64,000 nt of DNA from Acutalibacteraceae bacterium. Lineage in GTDB: Bacteria; Bacillota; Clostridia; Oscillospirales; Acutalibacteraceae. Below the pieces are notes generated by a model. It was not told the DNA's origin. It did not search any database and saw only the letters and a list, made by a program, of their open reading frames with translations. Below, one piece after another: positions 52,234 through 60,750 of this stretch. A program made the position numbers and the translations under genes. How positions within the stretch are numbered: the first letter of the stretch is position 1; every line of letters begins with the position of its first letter. The stretch spans positions 279 through 64,278 of the forward strand of contig JAZQEE010000066.1 of NCBI GenBank assembly GCA_045538815.1. The letters run 5' to 3'.

Positions 52234-55209
52234 ATGGAGAATTTTTTTATTGATTTACTGAATATCAGCATCACCGCAAGCTACATAATAATTGCCGTTA
52301 TTCTTTTCAGGGCTGTTTTCAGAAAAGTTCCCCGAAAATTTATCTGTGCGCTTTGGGCAATTGCGGGAATAAGGCTTATAATGCCCTTTTCTTTCGAGAG
52401 CATTTTCAGCCTCATTCCGAGCACGGAAACAATACCGCCCAATATTATCACTCGTCATGATGCCGAAATAAATTCAGGGATAAACCTTATTGATATTCCC
52501 GTAAATGATTATCTCGGAGACAGATATTATGAGGGTGTTACCGTTGAAACGGGCTTTAAAGAAAAACTTATGGCAGTTGTTTCAATTCTGTGGGTAGTCG
52601 GTATTGTCGCTATTCTTTTATACGGAATTTTCAGTTATTTGCGACTTAAAAAGACGGTTTCAACAGCTGTTTTGCTCAGAGACAATGTCTGGCAGAGCGA
52701 AAATGTTTTTTCGCCTTTTATTCTCGGATTTGTTAATCCGAAAATCTATATCCCGTTTGGTCTTAACGACGAAACAGTCAGTTATGTTACTGCTCATGAA
52801 AACGCCCATTTGAAACGCAGAGATCACTGGATAAAGCCCTTGGGGTTTCTGCTTCTGTCGGTCTACTGGTTTAATCCTCTGATTTGGGTTGCATATGCGC
52901 TTTTATGCCGTGATATTGAAGCGGCATGCGATGAAAAAGTTATATCGCAGATGAATAATCAGGCAAGGCAGGAGTATGCATCAGCACTTCTTGACTGTGC
53001 CGTTAACCGCAGGAAAATTGCTGTTTGTCCGCTTGCATTCGGTGAGGTGGGAGTCAAAGAGCGCATAAAAGGCGTCATGAATTATAAAAAGCCTGCGTTC
53101 TGGGTTATTATTTTTGCTATTGCTGCGTGCGTTGTTGCTGCTGTATGCTTTCTTACCAGTCCTGCAAAGCGCCCGTCGGAATATTACGGAATGGGTTATA
53201 TTCTTAAAGCCGAGGTTCAGTTTTATGAGGGCACAACTCAGCTGCCCGCCAGAACAGAAAGATTCACAATCGAACCCTATGAGAATAACAAAGCGACAAT
53301 TTCAGGGTTTACCGCATTTGAGGTTGCTCAGACCGATTTGCAGACGGGAGAGGTGACTCTTGAATTCAATGATGCTGTTTATTTCGGCGATAATCAGACC
53401 GACACATTAAAGGTTAACCTCGGAAAAACCGAAACGGTCTGGCTCGGCGACCGCAATACTGCCGTGCTTTTCACATTTGAAAAAACGCAGACAATGGAAG
53501 AAGCAATTTCTGCCGCTATTCTTGAGCATAACAAAGACAGATACATGAAGGGTACCTTCGCCTGCGAAAGTCATCAGACGCTTCATCATATTGACGAAGA
53601 AGAATATGACGAAAAAACCGATACAAGAACATTCAGCTTCACTTCTTATCTTGTTGCGTCTTATTCTGAATATGTCTGCTTCGGCGGCGAGCCCGAAAGC
53701 GTAGGCGGGGGCACCGGACCTATTGCGCTGACTTTTGAGTATGATTTCAACGAGGGAAAATATAACCATGTTGAGTATTGGGAAGCTGAAGACGGAAGAT
53801 ATTATGTATCATCAATTGAAGATAAATTCCCGTGGCAGGCAGCAGCCAGAGTTTTGAATGATGACAGCATCGCAAAGAATCTGAATGCTGACTGTGACAA
53901 ACAGGCTCAGGCTTATTTTGCAGGCGCAAGCGAAAAAGCATTTGCTTTCTGCGATATTCCTGGGATTTCCGTAGTTGTAAAAGAAGTTGTAACCGATGTT
54001 GATATGCCTTACATTTCATACGAAGTATTCAATGATACGGAAAAGGAAATATCATATAATATCGGATACAATCTTTACAGATATGAAAACGGAAACTGGA
54101 TACAGCTTGGTCTGATAGTTTTTAACCTGTGGAATATGACAGATAACAGCGGTATACGAATAAATCCTGACGAATCAAAGGTTGTAAATTACGGCTTTGA
54201 TAAAAATCATATAATGGAGGACGGTCACTACCGTTTTGAAACGAAAATCAAATCCCATACTGCAAGCCCCGCAGTTGAGGGAACAATCTCAATCGACTTT
54301 TCAATCGGCGACACACGGATTTATCCCGAAATATCCGAAGAAGAACTGACAACAATTGCCGTTGTTGCAGATGAGAAATTAGAATATGTTTCACATTTCA
54401 GTTATGTAAACTATGTTGAAAACGGAACGGATATTCTTTTGGAAAATGCTGAAATTCCGATTTATACAAGATATGACGGTGTTGACCATGTATCCTGCGC
54501 ACTGTTTGAAACCAAAGAAGGCTTTGATAAGTTTTATAATGCAACCTCGGATATTTTTACTTATAATCAGATGCACGATGAAATGCCGTCCTTCAATCAG
54601 ACAAAAGCGGCATATACCAAGGAATTCTTTGATAAAAACTATTTGATAATCATTTATATCCCCGAGGGCAGCGGGTCTGTAAGGCACGAAACGGAATTTG
54701 TTGAGATGATTAACGGCAATGAGGTTTATATTTCGGTTAAAAGAACCGGACCCGAAGTAAGAACAATGGATATGGCGGGCTGGTTTGCAACGATAGAAAT
54801 AAGCAAAAATGAAATAAAGCATATTGACAATGTAACCGCAAGAGTCGGCGAAATGCAGATTATCTATGAATCCTCAACCGCTTCAAAAAAGACAGACGGC
54901 AGTGTGACTTATACCTTCACCGCAAGCAAGGCTGATTACAAAAAGCCTTATCTGAATCTGAAGCAGGACGGAAGCTTTTATTTCTTTACATCTCCTTTGA
55001 ATTCTCACGAATATAACGGCGTTTATTCATGGGAAAACAGCAGACTTATCCTTGAATCAGAGGACGGAAATATGTTTGTGTTTACGGAAAATGGGGGTAA
55101 CCTTGTTTTTGATGAGAATAATTCATCTCCGCTTCCGACTTATACGAATTCCGAAAACAAAGTGCTGACTTCAGGTATCGTCAACGGCTCGGCTTTTGAA
55201 AAGAAATAA
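52234..55209 (+). CDS. BlaR1/MecR1-type M56 membrane metalloprotease with a large unassigned extracytoplasmic domain
   Basis: Starts 2 nt after the repressor stop. TM segments plus the zinc motif HENAH (52795-52809) and the following WFNPLIW helix. Last TM at about 53092-53160, followed by ~680 aa. Confidence 0.85.
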   Translation: MENFFIDLLNISITASYIIIAVILFRAVFRKVPRKFICALWAIAGIRLIMPFSFESIFSLIPSTETIPPNIITRHDAEINSGINLIDIPVNDYLGDRYYEGVTVETGFKEKLMAVVSILWVVGIVAILLYGIFSYLRLKKTVSTAVLLRDNVWQSENVFSPFILGFVNPKIYIPFGLNDETVSYVTAHENAHLKRRDHWIKPLGFLLLSVYWFNPLIWVAYALLCRDIEAACDEKVISQMNNQARQEYASALLDCAVNRRKIAVCPLAFGEVGVKERIKGVMNYKKPAFWVIIFAIAACVVAAVCFLTSPAKRPSEYYGMGYILKAEVQFYEGTTQLPARTERFTIEPYENNKATISGFTAFEVAQTDLQTGEVTLEFNDAVYFGDNQTDTLKVNLGKTETVWLGDRNTAVLFTFEKTQTMEEAISAAILEHNKDRYMKGTFACESHQTLHHIDEEEYDEKTDTRTFSFTSYLVASYSEYVCFGGEPESVGGGTGPIALTFEYDFNEGKYNHVEYWEAEDGRYYVSSIEDKFPWQAAARVLNDDSIAKNLNADCDKQAQAYFAGASEKAFAFCDIPGISVVVKEVVTDVDMPYISYEVFNDTEKEISYNIGYNLYRYENGNWIQLGLIVFNLWNMTDNSGIRINPDESKVVNYGFDKNHIMEDGHYRFETKIKSHTASPAVEGTISIDFSIGDTRIYPEISEEELTTIAVVADEKLEYVSHFSYVNYVENGTDILLENAEIPIYTRYDGVDHVSCALFETKEGFDKFYNATSDIFTYNQMHDEMPSFNQTKAAYTKEFFDKNYLIIIYIPEGSGSVRHETEFVEMINGNEVYISVKRTGPEVRTMDMAGWFATIEISKNEIKHIDNVTARVGEMQIIYESSTASKKTDGSVTYTFTASKADYKKPYLNLKQDGSFYFFTSPLNSHEYNGVYSWENSRLILESEDGNMFVFTENGGNLVFDENNSSPLPTYTNSENKVLTSGIVNGSAFEKK

Positions 55210-55224
55210 GACTCATGAAAGGTT

Positions 55225-55258
55225 GCCCAACGGCGGGGGATTACTCTCGTCGTTGGGC
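55225..55258 (+). terminator. hairpin after the blaR1-like gene
   Basis: GCCCAACGGCG...CGTCGTTGGGC stem with one mismatch and a weak T-tract. Confidence 0.5.
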
Positions 55259-55376
55259 TTGATGTTTAAAAATACTTGATAAATTTCTCTGATTATTGTA
55301 AAATGAATCTGTTAATCAGCGTATGCCATCCGAAAACAAAAGCTTTTTGAATAACTGAATCGGAGGAATAATTCAA

Positions 55377-56522
55377 ATGAGAAGAATAAAACGAGTTATA
55401 ACAGTATTTCTTGCCGCAATTTTAAGCCTTGCAGCGCTTTTGCTGGTCTTGCTTGCAGCGTCATGCATAGCGGGGTTCGTGCAGATAGAAAAAAACATTG
55501 AATTTCAGAATAATCATCTTGAATATCTTGAAAATGAGTATTATTCCGATTCTTATGTCCCTTGTGACGAACAAAAACTTGCGGATTTTAATGTTGAAAA
55601 GGCTTTCTCTGAGGATGTAAAGATTAACGAGATAGCAGTTCTCGGAACTCACAACAGTTATCAGCTTTTGGGAACAGTCCCCAAGCGTGCATTGATGAGA
55701 ACTCTTCAGATTATCAGCTTTGGTGCAGTGGAGAACAAGGCTGTTTTTGAGATGGATACATTTACTCAGCAGCTTGAACAAGGCGTAAGAAATCTTGAAA
55801 TTGATATCGAAACCGTAGATGACGGCAGTGACGTAAGCTTTATCGTTACCCACAAACCTATAATCGACAATGTTTCGAGTGCTTATAATTTTGCAAATGC
55901 TCTTAAAGAAATTGCAATGTGGTCAGATAACAATCCGGATCATCTGCCCGTATATCTGCTCATTGAGCCCAAGGGTGATATTACCCCGATAAATAATATG
56001 AAGGATTTTTCAGTTGAATATGCCATGGAGTTTGATAAGGTGCTCAGAGAAGAACTTGGTGACAGACTGCTTACGCCGGAGCAGGCTATGGGAGAACATG
56101 AAAGCCTTAAAGCCATGAGAGAAGCAAACGATTGGCCGACATTAAAGGAAGCGGCAGGCAAAATCATCGTTCTGATGCATCCTTGTAATGTGACTCAGGG
56201 GTATATAGATGCTGACACTTCAATCCGAACCCAGGCTATGTTCCCAATGCTTCAATTTGACAGCGTTGACAAGAGTTATGCATCTTTTATGATTGAAAAC
56301 GATCCTGCAAGCGCTGTTGAGAAAAATAAGATAGCGGTTGACGAAAAAAGGCTCATGGTAAGAACCAGAGCAGATGATTACCCGGATTTCAGCGATGAAA
56401 GATATAATTATGCTGAGATTTGCGGCTCACATATTATAACGACTGATTATCCTCCGCGTTCCGTAAGAAAAAATGATCATACTTACACACTCGGCGGTTA
56501 CACTATAAAACTGCTTAAGTAA
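55377..56522 (+). CDS. membrane-anchored PI-PLC-like phosphodiesterase (PLC X-domain superfamily)
   Basis: N-terminal TM (VITVFLAAILSLAALLLVLLAA). The VLGTHNSYQ motif is typical of PLC-like phosphodiesterases. GGAGGA RBS. Confidence 0.65.
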   Translation: MRRIKRVITVFLAAILSLAALLLVLLAASCIAGFVQIEKNIEFQNNHLEYLENEYYSDSYVPCDEQKLADFNVEKAFSEDVKINEIAVLGTHNSYQLLGTVPKRALMRTLQIISFGAVENKAVFEMDTFTQQLEQGVRNLEIDIETVDDGSDVSFIVTHKPIIDNVSSAYNFANALKEIAMWSDNNPDHLPVYLLIEPKGDITPINNMKDFSVEYAMEFDKVLREELGDRLLTPEQAMGEHESLKAMREANDWPTLKEAAGKIIVLMHPCNVTQGYIDADTSIRTQAMFPMLQFDSVDKSYASFMIENDPASAVEKNKIAVDEKRLMVRTRADDYPDFSDERYNYAEICGSHIITTDYPPRSVRKNDHTYTLGGYTIKLLK

Positions 56523-56526
56523 TCAA

Positions 56527-56554
56527 AAAGGCTGTCTCATCTGAGACAGCCTTT
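56527..56554. terminator. bidirectional hairpin between convergent genes
   Basis: AAAGGCTGTCTCA / TGAGACAGCCTTT, a 13-bp perfect stem. Confidence 0.8.
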
Positions 56555-56559
56555 GTTTC

Positions 56560-57093
56560 TTATTCGTATTTTGCTCTTTCGCCGCCGATGAATTTGGGTC
56601 TTGTTCTTGCGGCGTTAAGCTTTGCTTCTCCTATTGTGTTATTTTCGAGGCGGAGAGGAACTGCAACTCTTTTAAGATGCATTCCGATGAGTGTGTTTCC
56701 GATGTCGATTCCTGCGTCAGCTTTGATTTCTTCAACGGCAACGGGGGATTTGAGTGAATGGTAGGTTGCTGTTGCGAACGAACCGCCTGCATGAGGATGA
56801 GGAACAACGCAGACCTTTTCGAGTCCGAGAGAGTCAGCCTTTTCTTCTTCAAGGATAATTGCTCTGTTGAGGTGTTCGCAGCACTGAGCGGCGATAAAAA
56901 TTCCTTCGGGTGCAAAAACACTGTTCAGTCCGTTGAAAATTTCCTGAGCGGGCTCAACGCTTCCGCTTGTGCCGATTTTTTCTCCGAGCACTTCGCTCGT
57001 TGAGCAGCCGATAACAACGATGTCGCCCTTCTTGAGATTTGCTTTTTCCTTGAGCTCAAGTGCGGCGGCACGAGCCTGTTCATATATATTCAT
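56560..57093 (-). CDS. TIGR01440/UPF0340-family protein (YwlG-like)
   Basis: 177 aa. GDIVVIGCSTSEV and CCEHLNRA motifs, as recalled for this family. Confidence 0.75.
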   Translation of the reverse strand: MNIYEQARAAALELKEKANLKKGDIVVIGCSTSEVLGEKIGTSGSVEPAQEIFNGLNSVFAPEGIFIAAQCCEHLNRAIILEEEKADSLGLEKVCVVPHPHAGGSFATATYHSLKSPVAVEEIKADAGIDIGNTLIGMHLKRVAVPLRLENNTIGEAKLNAARTRPKFIGGERAKYE

Positions 57094-57095
57094 AG

Positions 57096-57614
57096 TTATT
57101 TACTTCCTTTCAGAAATGAGTTGAGAGCCTTGCTTTTCTCCATTGCCGATGCAAGTGCAACAGCGGCAATAATTGCAACAACTCCCTGAGCAATGTTGGT
57201 CGGTATCGCCGAAGCGGCGGCAAGCCCGTATTTAAGTATAACACTTTCGTAAGCAAAATAACCGAGCACCATAACCGCTTCTGCGGTAAAGGACGAAACA
57301 ACCTTCCCGATAAAGGGCTTTTTTATCGCCTTGTAAATCAGATAAGCGGTAATTGACATCGTTGCCTTGATAACGAATGTTGCGGGAGCATACATTGTGT
57401 ATCCGAGAATTATATCAGCAAGCGCAGATCCGATTCCTGCGGCAAGTGAGCCGTAGCCGATGCCGAGAAACCATGCGGCGATAAGTACAAAGCAGTCGCC
57501 GAGATTGAAATACCCCGTAAGAGGTGACGGAATCTGAATAACAATTGTTGCAACACAGATAATCGCAATGAAAAGTGCGGTTGTAACAAGTTTCAAGATT
57601 TTTTGAAATTTCAT
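57096..57614 (-). CDS. ECF-transporter substrate-specific (S) component, substrate unknown
   Basis: 172 aa with 5-6 TM segments. The N-terminus LVTTALFIAIICVATIVIQIP is typical of ECF S components. Ends 2 nt before the downstream gene starts. Confidence 0.7.
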   Translation of the reverse strand: MKFQKILKLVTTALFIAIICVATIVIQIPSPLTGYFNLGDCFVLIAAWFLGIGYGSLAAGIGSALADIILGYTMYAPATFVIKATMSITAYLIYKAIKKPFIGKVVSSFTAEAVMVLGYFAYESVILKYGLAAASAIPTNIAQGVVAIIAAVALASAMEKSKALNSFLKGSK

Positions 57615-57694
57615 TTGCTTTCACCTTGAATTACACGTTTTTATAAAGTATAATAAAATAACAAAACGATTTCAAGCCCTTAGGGAGGAATTTT

Positions 57695-60600
57695 ATGAAA
57701 ATATTTGACTATCATAAGAAACTTGAAACACTTCATGTCAACTGCGAAAAGCCCAGAGCTTATTATATCCCTTATCAGAATGAAGTTTCTGCTCTTTCAG
57801 GGAAAAGAGATGCATCAGATTATTTCATGAATCTGAGCGGCGAATGGAATTTTAAGTTTTATAACAGCTTTGAGGATATCGAAGAGAATTTTCTTGAAGC
57901 TGAATTTACCGATACAATTCCCGTTCCTAAATGCTGGCAGACTCAGCTCGGAAAGGGCTATGATGTTCCGCTTTACAGCAATCTTTTTTATCCGTTTCCT
58001 CTTGACCCTCCTCATGTTCCCGATGAGAATCCCTGCGGGCACTATAACCGCAAGGTGAATATAGAAAAGAAGGGCGGAAAGAAATATTATATAAACTTTG
58101 AGGGCGTTTCCTCTTGCTTTTATCTTTATGTCAACGGCATATTTGCCGCTTACAGTCAGGTAAGCCACTGTACAAGTGAAGTTGATATAACCGATTTGCT
58201 CGTTGACGGTGAGAATGCTGTTGATGTGCTTGTTGTCAAATGGTGCGACGGCTCATATCTCGAGGATCAGGATTATTTCCGTCTTTCAGGCATTTTCAGA
58301 GAGGTTTATATTCTCGAAAGAAGCAGCAATATAAGCGATGTTTACATTAAAACCGCTCTTTCCGATGACCTCTCATCGGGCAGACTGACTGCAGATATCG
58401 TCGGCGAATATGATTTTGAATATAAACTGCTTGCTCCGAACGGAGAAACAGTTGCTTCAGGCTGCGGAGATATGGATATTGCTGTTTCTGCGCCTTTGCT
58501 CTGGAGCAGCGAAAACCCGATGCTTTATACTCTTCTTGTTTCATGCAAGGGTGAAGTAATTCCTTTTAAAATCGGCTTTAAAAAGATTGAATTCAGAGGC
58601 AATGTTGCCTATGTCAACAATCAGCCGGTCAAGCTTTACGGCATCAACCGCCATGATTCTCACCCCGAAACAGGCTATTGGTGCAACGAAGAGCATATGA
58701 TAAATGACCTCAATCTTCTTAAGAGAGGCAACTGCAACACAATCAGAACTTCGCATTATCCCAATGCGCCGAGATTCCTTGAGCTCTGCGATGAATGGGG
58801 CTTTATGGTTATAGATGAAGCAGATATTGAAACTCACGGCATGGGCTTTGAATACCGTGACACATGGGATTGGATGCGCTGGTCAAAGCTTTCAACCGAT
58901 GATGAATGGGAAGAAGCTTATGTTGACAGAGCCGCAAGACTCTTCGAAAGAGATAAAAACCACGGCTGTGTCATCATGTGGTCTCTCGGCAATGAATCGG
59001 GCTGCGGCAAGAATCACCGTGCAATGCGCAATTACATAAAGAGCCGTGACAGCAAAGCGATTGTCCATTATGAGAATGCTCATCTTGAATTCAAGGCTGT
59101 TCCCATCGGTGAGAATTATTCCGATATTTCCGATGTTGAAAGCAGAATGTATGCAAGCCTTGATTATACAAAAAAATACTGCGAAAACAAGAATTCAAAG
59201 AAGCCCTTCTATTTCTGCGAATATGTCTGCTCAATGACAACGGGCGATATCCATGCTCATGTTGATATGTTCAGGAAGTATCCCGCTCTCTGGGGCGGCT
59301 GTATATGGGAGCTTACCGACCATACTGTTAAGGTTGCTGACAATGCATACCGTTACGGCGGAGATTTCGGTGACTACCCCAATAACAGCGTTTGCTGCAT
59401 TGACGGTCTTGTTTTCCCTGACAGAAGCGAGCGTCCCGGATTCGCAGATATGAAAAAGGCATATCAGCCGTTTGAAACCAAGTTTGAGAACGGAAAGCTT
59501 TCTGTTTTTAACCGCAGATTTTTTGAAAGCCTCAATGATTTATATATCGAATGGAAGCTTGAAATTAACGGCGAATGCGTAAAGAGCGGCAGAATTGACG
59601 AAACAGAAATCGCTCCTCAGAGTGAGAAGAGTTTCGATATTCTTGACAGTATTCCCGAAAGCGGCTGCTGCTTCCTTACCGTTTATTTCAAGGAAAAGAA
59701 TGCAAAAGTATGGGCAGATGCAGACTTTGAAGTCGGTTTTGACCAGTTTGATTTGTCGGTTGCCGAAAACAAAACTGCTTTGTCAACCGTTGCGCCCGCT
59801 GTTGAAGAGGGAAGAAGATTTGTGAAAATCACCGCAGGCAATGTTATTTATACATTTGATAAGTCTTACGGCTGCATTTCATCTGTTGTCGCTGACGGAG
59901 AAGAGCTTCTTTCCGAGCCCGCAAAGGTTGAAATCTGGAAGGCTCACGGCTATAACCAGCTTGGCGATGCTGAGGACAGAAAGAGCGCCGCAATGCAGGC
60001 TGTAATTCAGAAAACATATGAAACCGTAATCGAAAAGTACGATAATTGCGTTGACATAATCTGCTCAGTTTCAATCGGCGGCCCCGCAGTTGTGCCTGTT
60101 CTTAAAGGCAGTCTCATTTACCGCTTCTTCGGCGACGCAAGCGCAACGATGAATCTTATCTGCCCGTTCAATCCTCTTCTTAAGGAAATGAATATGCGTC
60201 TGCCGAGACTCGGCTTCCGTTTTGGTCTTAAAGACGCTGAAAATATGGAGTTCTTCGGCAAAGGTCCCGGCGAAGCTTACGCAGACCGTCATAAGGGTCA
60301 GAGATACGGTAAATTCACAACAACAGTAACCGATAATTTTGTTCCTTACATCAGACCCATTGAAAACGGCGCACACTTCGGCTCGAAATATGGCGTTGTT
60401 ACAAACAACGAGGGCAAGGGCATGATTTTTGCTCCTGTGAGTGAAGATACATTTGTTTTCAACGCCTCACATTTCACTCCGCTCATGCTTGAAGAAACAA
60501 AGCATAACGATGAGCTGAAGCCTCTTGACGAAACAATGGTTTATCTTGACTACCGTCTTGATATCAGAGGCAGCAGGGGAATCTATGAAGAACTTGAGCC

Positions 60601-60697
60601 TGAAAGAAAATGGGACTTCGGTGTCATTGATTTCAAGATTGCTTTCAAGCCTTTTGACAATGAAAATGCGTTTGAGTTTATAAATACAGATAGATAA
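57695..60697 (+). CDS. lacZ: GH2 beta-galactosidase
   Basis: 1000 aa. Acid/base motif WSLGNESG, nucleophile context FYFCEYVCSM and a C-terminal small-chain domain. No signal peptide. Confidence 0.9.
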   Translation: MKIFDYHKKLETLHVNCEKPRAYYIPYQNEVSALSGKRDASDYFMNLSGEWNFKFYNSFEDIEENFLEAEFTDTIPVPKCWQTQLGKGYDVPLYSNLFYPFPLDPPHVPDENPCGHYNRKVNIEKKGGKKYYINFEGVSSCFYLYVNGIFAAYSQVSHCTSEVDITDLLVDGENAVDVLVVKWCDGSYLEDQDYFRLSGIFREVYILERSSNISDVYIKTALSDDLSSGRLTADIVGEYDFEYKLLAPNGETVASGCGDMDIAVSAPLLWSSENPMLYTLLVSCKGEVIPFKIGFKKIEFRGNVAYVNNQPVKLYGINRHDSHPETGYWCNEEHMINDLNLLKRGNCNTIRTSHYPNAPRFLELCDEWGFMVIDEADIETHGMGFEYRDTWDWMRWSKLSTDDEWEEAYVDRAARLFERDKNHGCVIMWSLGNESGCGKNHRAMRNYIKSRDSKAIVHYENAHLEFKAVPIGENYSDISDVESRMYASLDYTKKYCENKNSKKPFYFCEYVCSMTTGDIHAHVDMFRKYPALWGGCIWELTDHTVKVADNAYRYGGDFGDYPNNSVCCIDGLVFPDRSERPGFADMKKAYQPFETKFENGKLSVFNRRFFESLNDLYIEWKLEINGECVKSGRIDETEIAPQSEKSFDILDSIPESGCCFLTVYFKEKNAKVWADADFEVGFDQFDLSVAENKTALSTVAPAVEEGRRFVKITAGNVIYTFDKSYGCISSVVADGEELLSEPAKVEIWKAHGYNQLGDAEDRKSAAMQAVIQKTYETVIEKYDNCVDIICSVSIGGPAVVPVLKGSLIYRFFGDASATMNLICPFNPLLKEMNMRLPRLGFRFGLKDAENMEFFGKGPGEAYADRHKGQRYGKFTTTVTDNFVPYIRPIENGAHFGSKYGVVTNNEGKGMIFAPVSEDTFVFNASHFTPLMLEETKHNDELKPLDETMVYLDYRLDIRGSRGIYEELEPERKWDFGVIDFKIAFKPFDNENAFEFINTDR

Positions 60698-60700
60698 AAA

Positions 60701-60738
60701 ATATCCCGTGTTTCTGGAGTTTCAGAAGCACGGGATAT
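60701..60738. terminator. bidirectional hairpin between convergent genes
   Basis: ATATCCCGTGTTTCTG / CAGAAGCACGGGATAT 16-bp stem with one G-U pair. Confidence 0.8.
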
Positions 60739-60750
60739 AAGTTTATTTAA

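Noticed and set aside
52234-55209. Calling the M56 protein a beta-lactam sensor (BlaR1/MecR1 proper)
   Set aside because: No penicillin-binding motif set (STxK plus KTG/KSG) was seen in the extracytoplasmic part, and no beta-lactamase or PBP2a-type gene is adjacent. Only the family-level call is kept.
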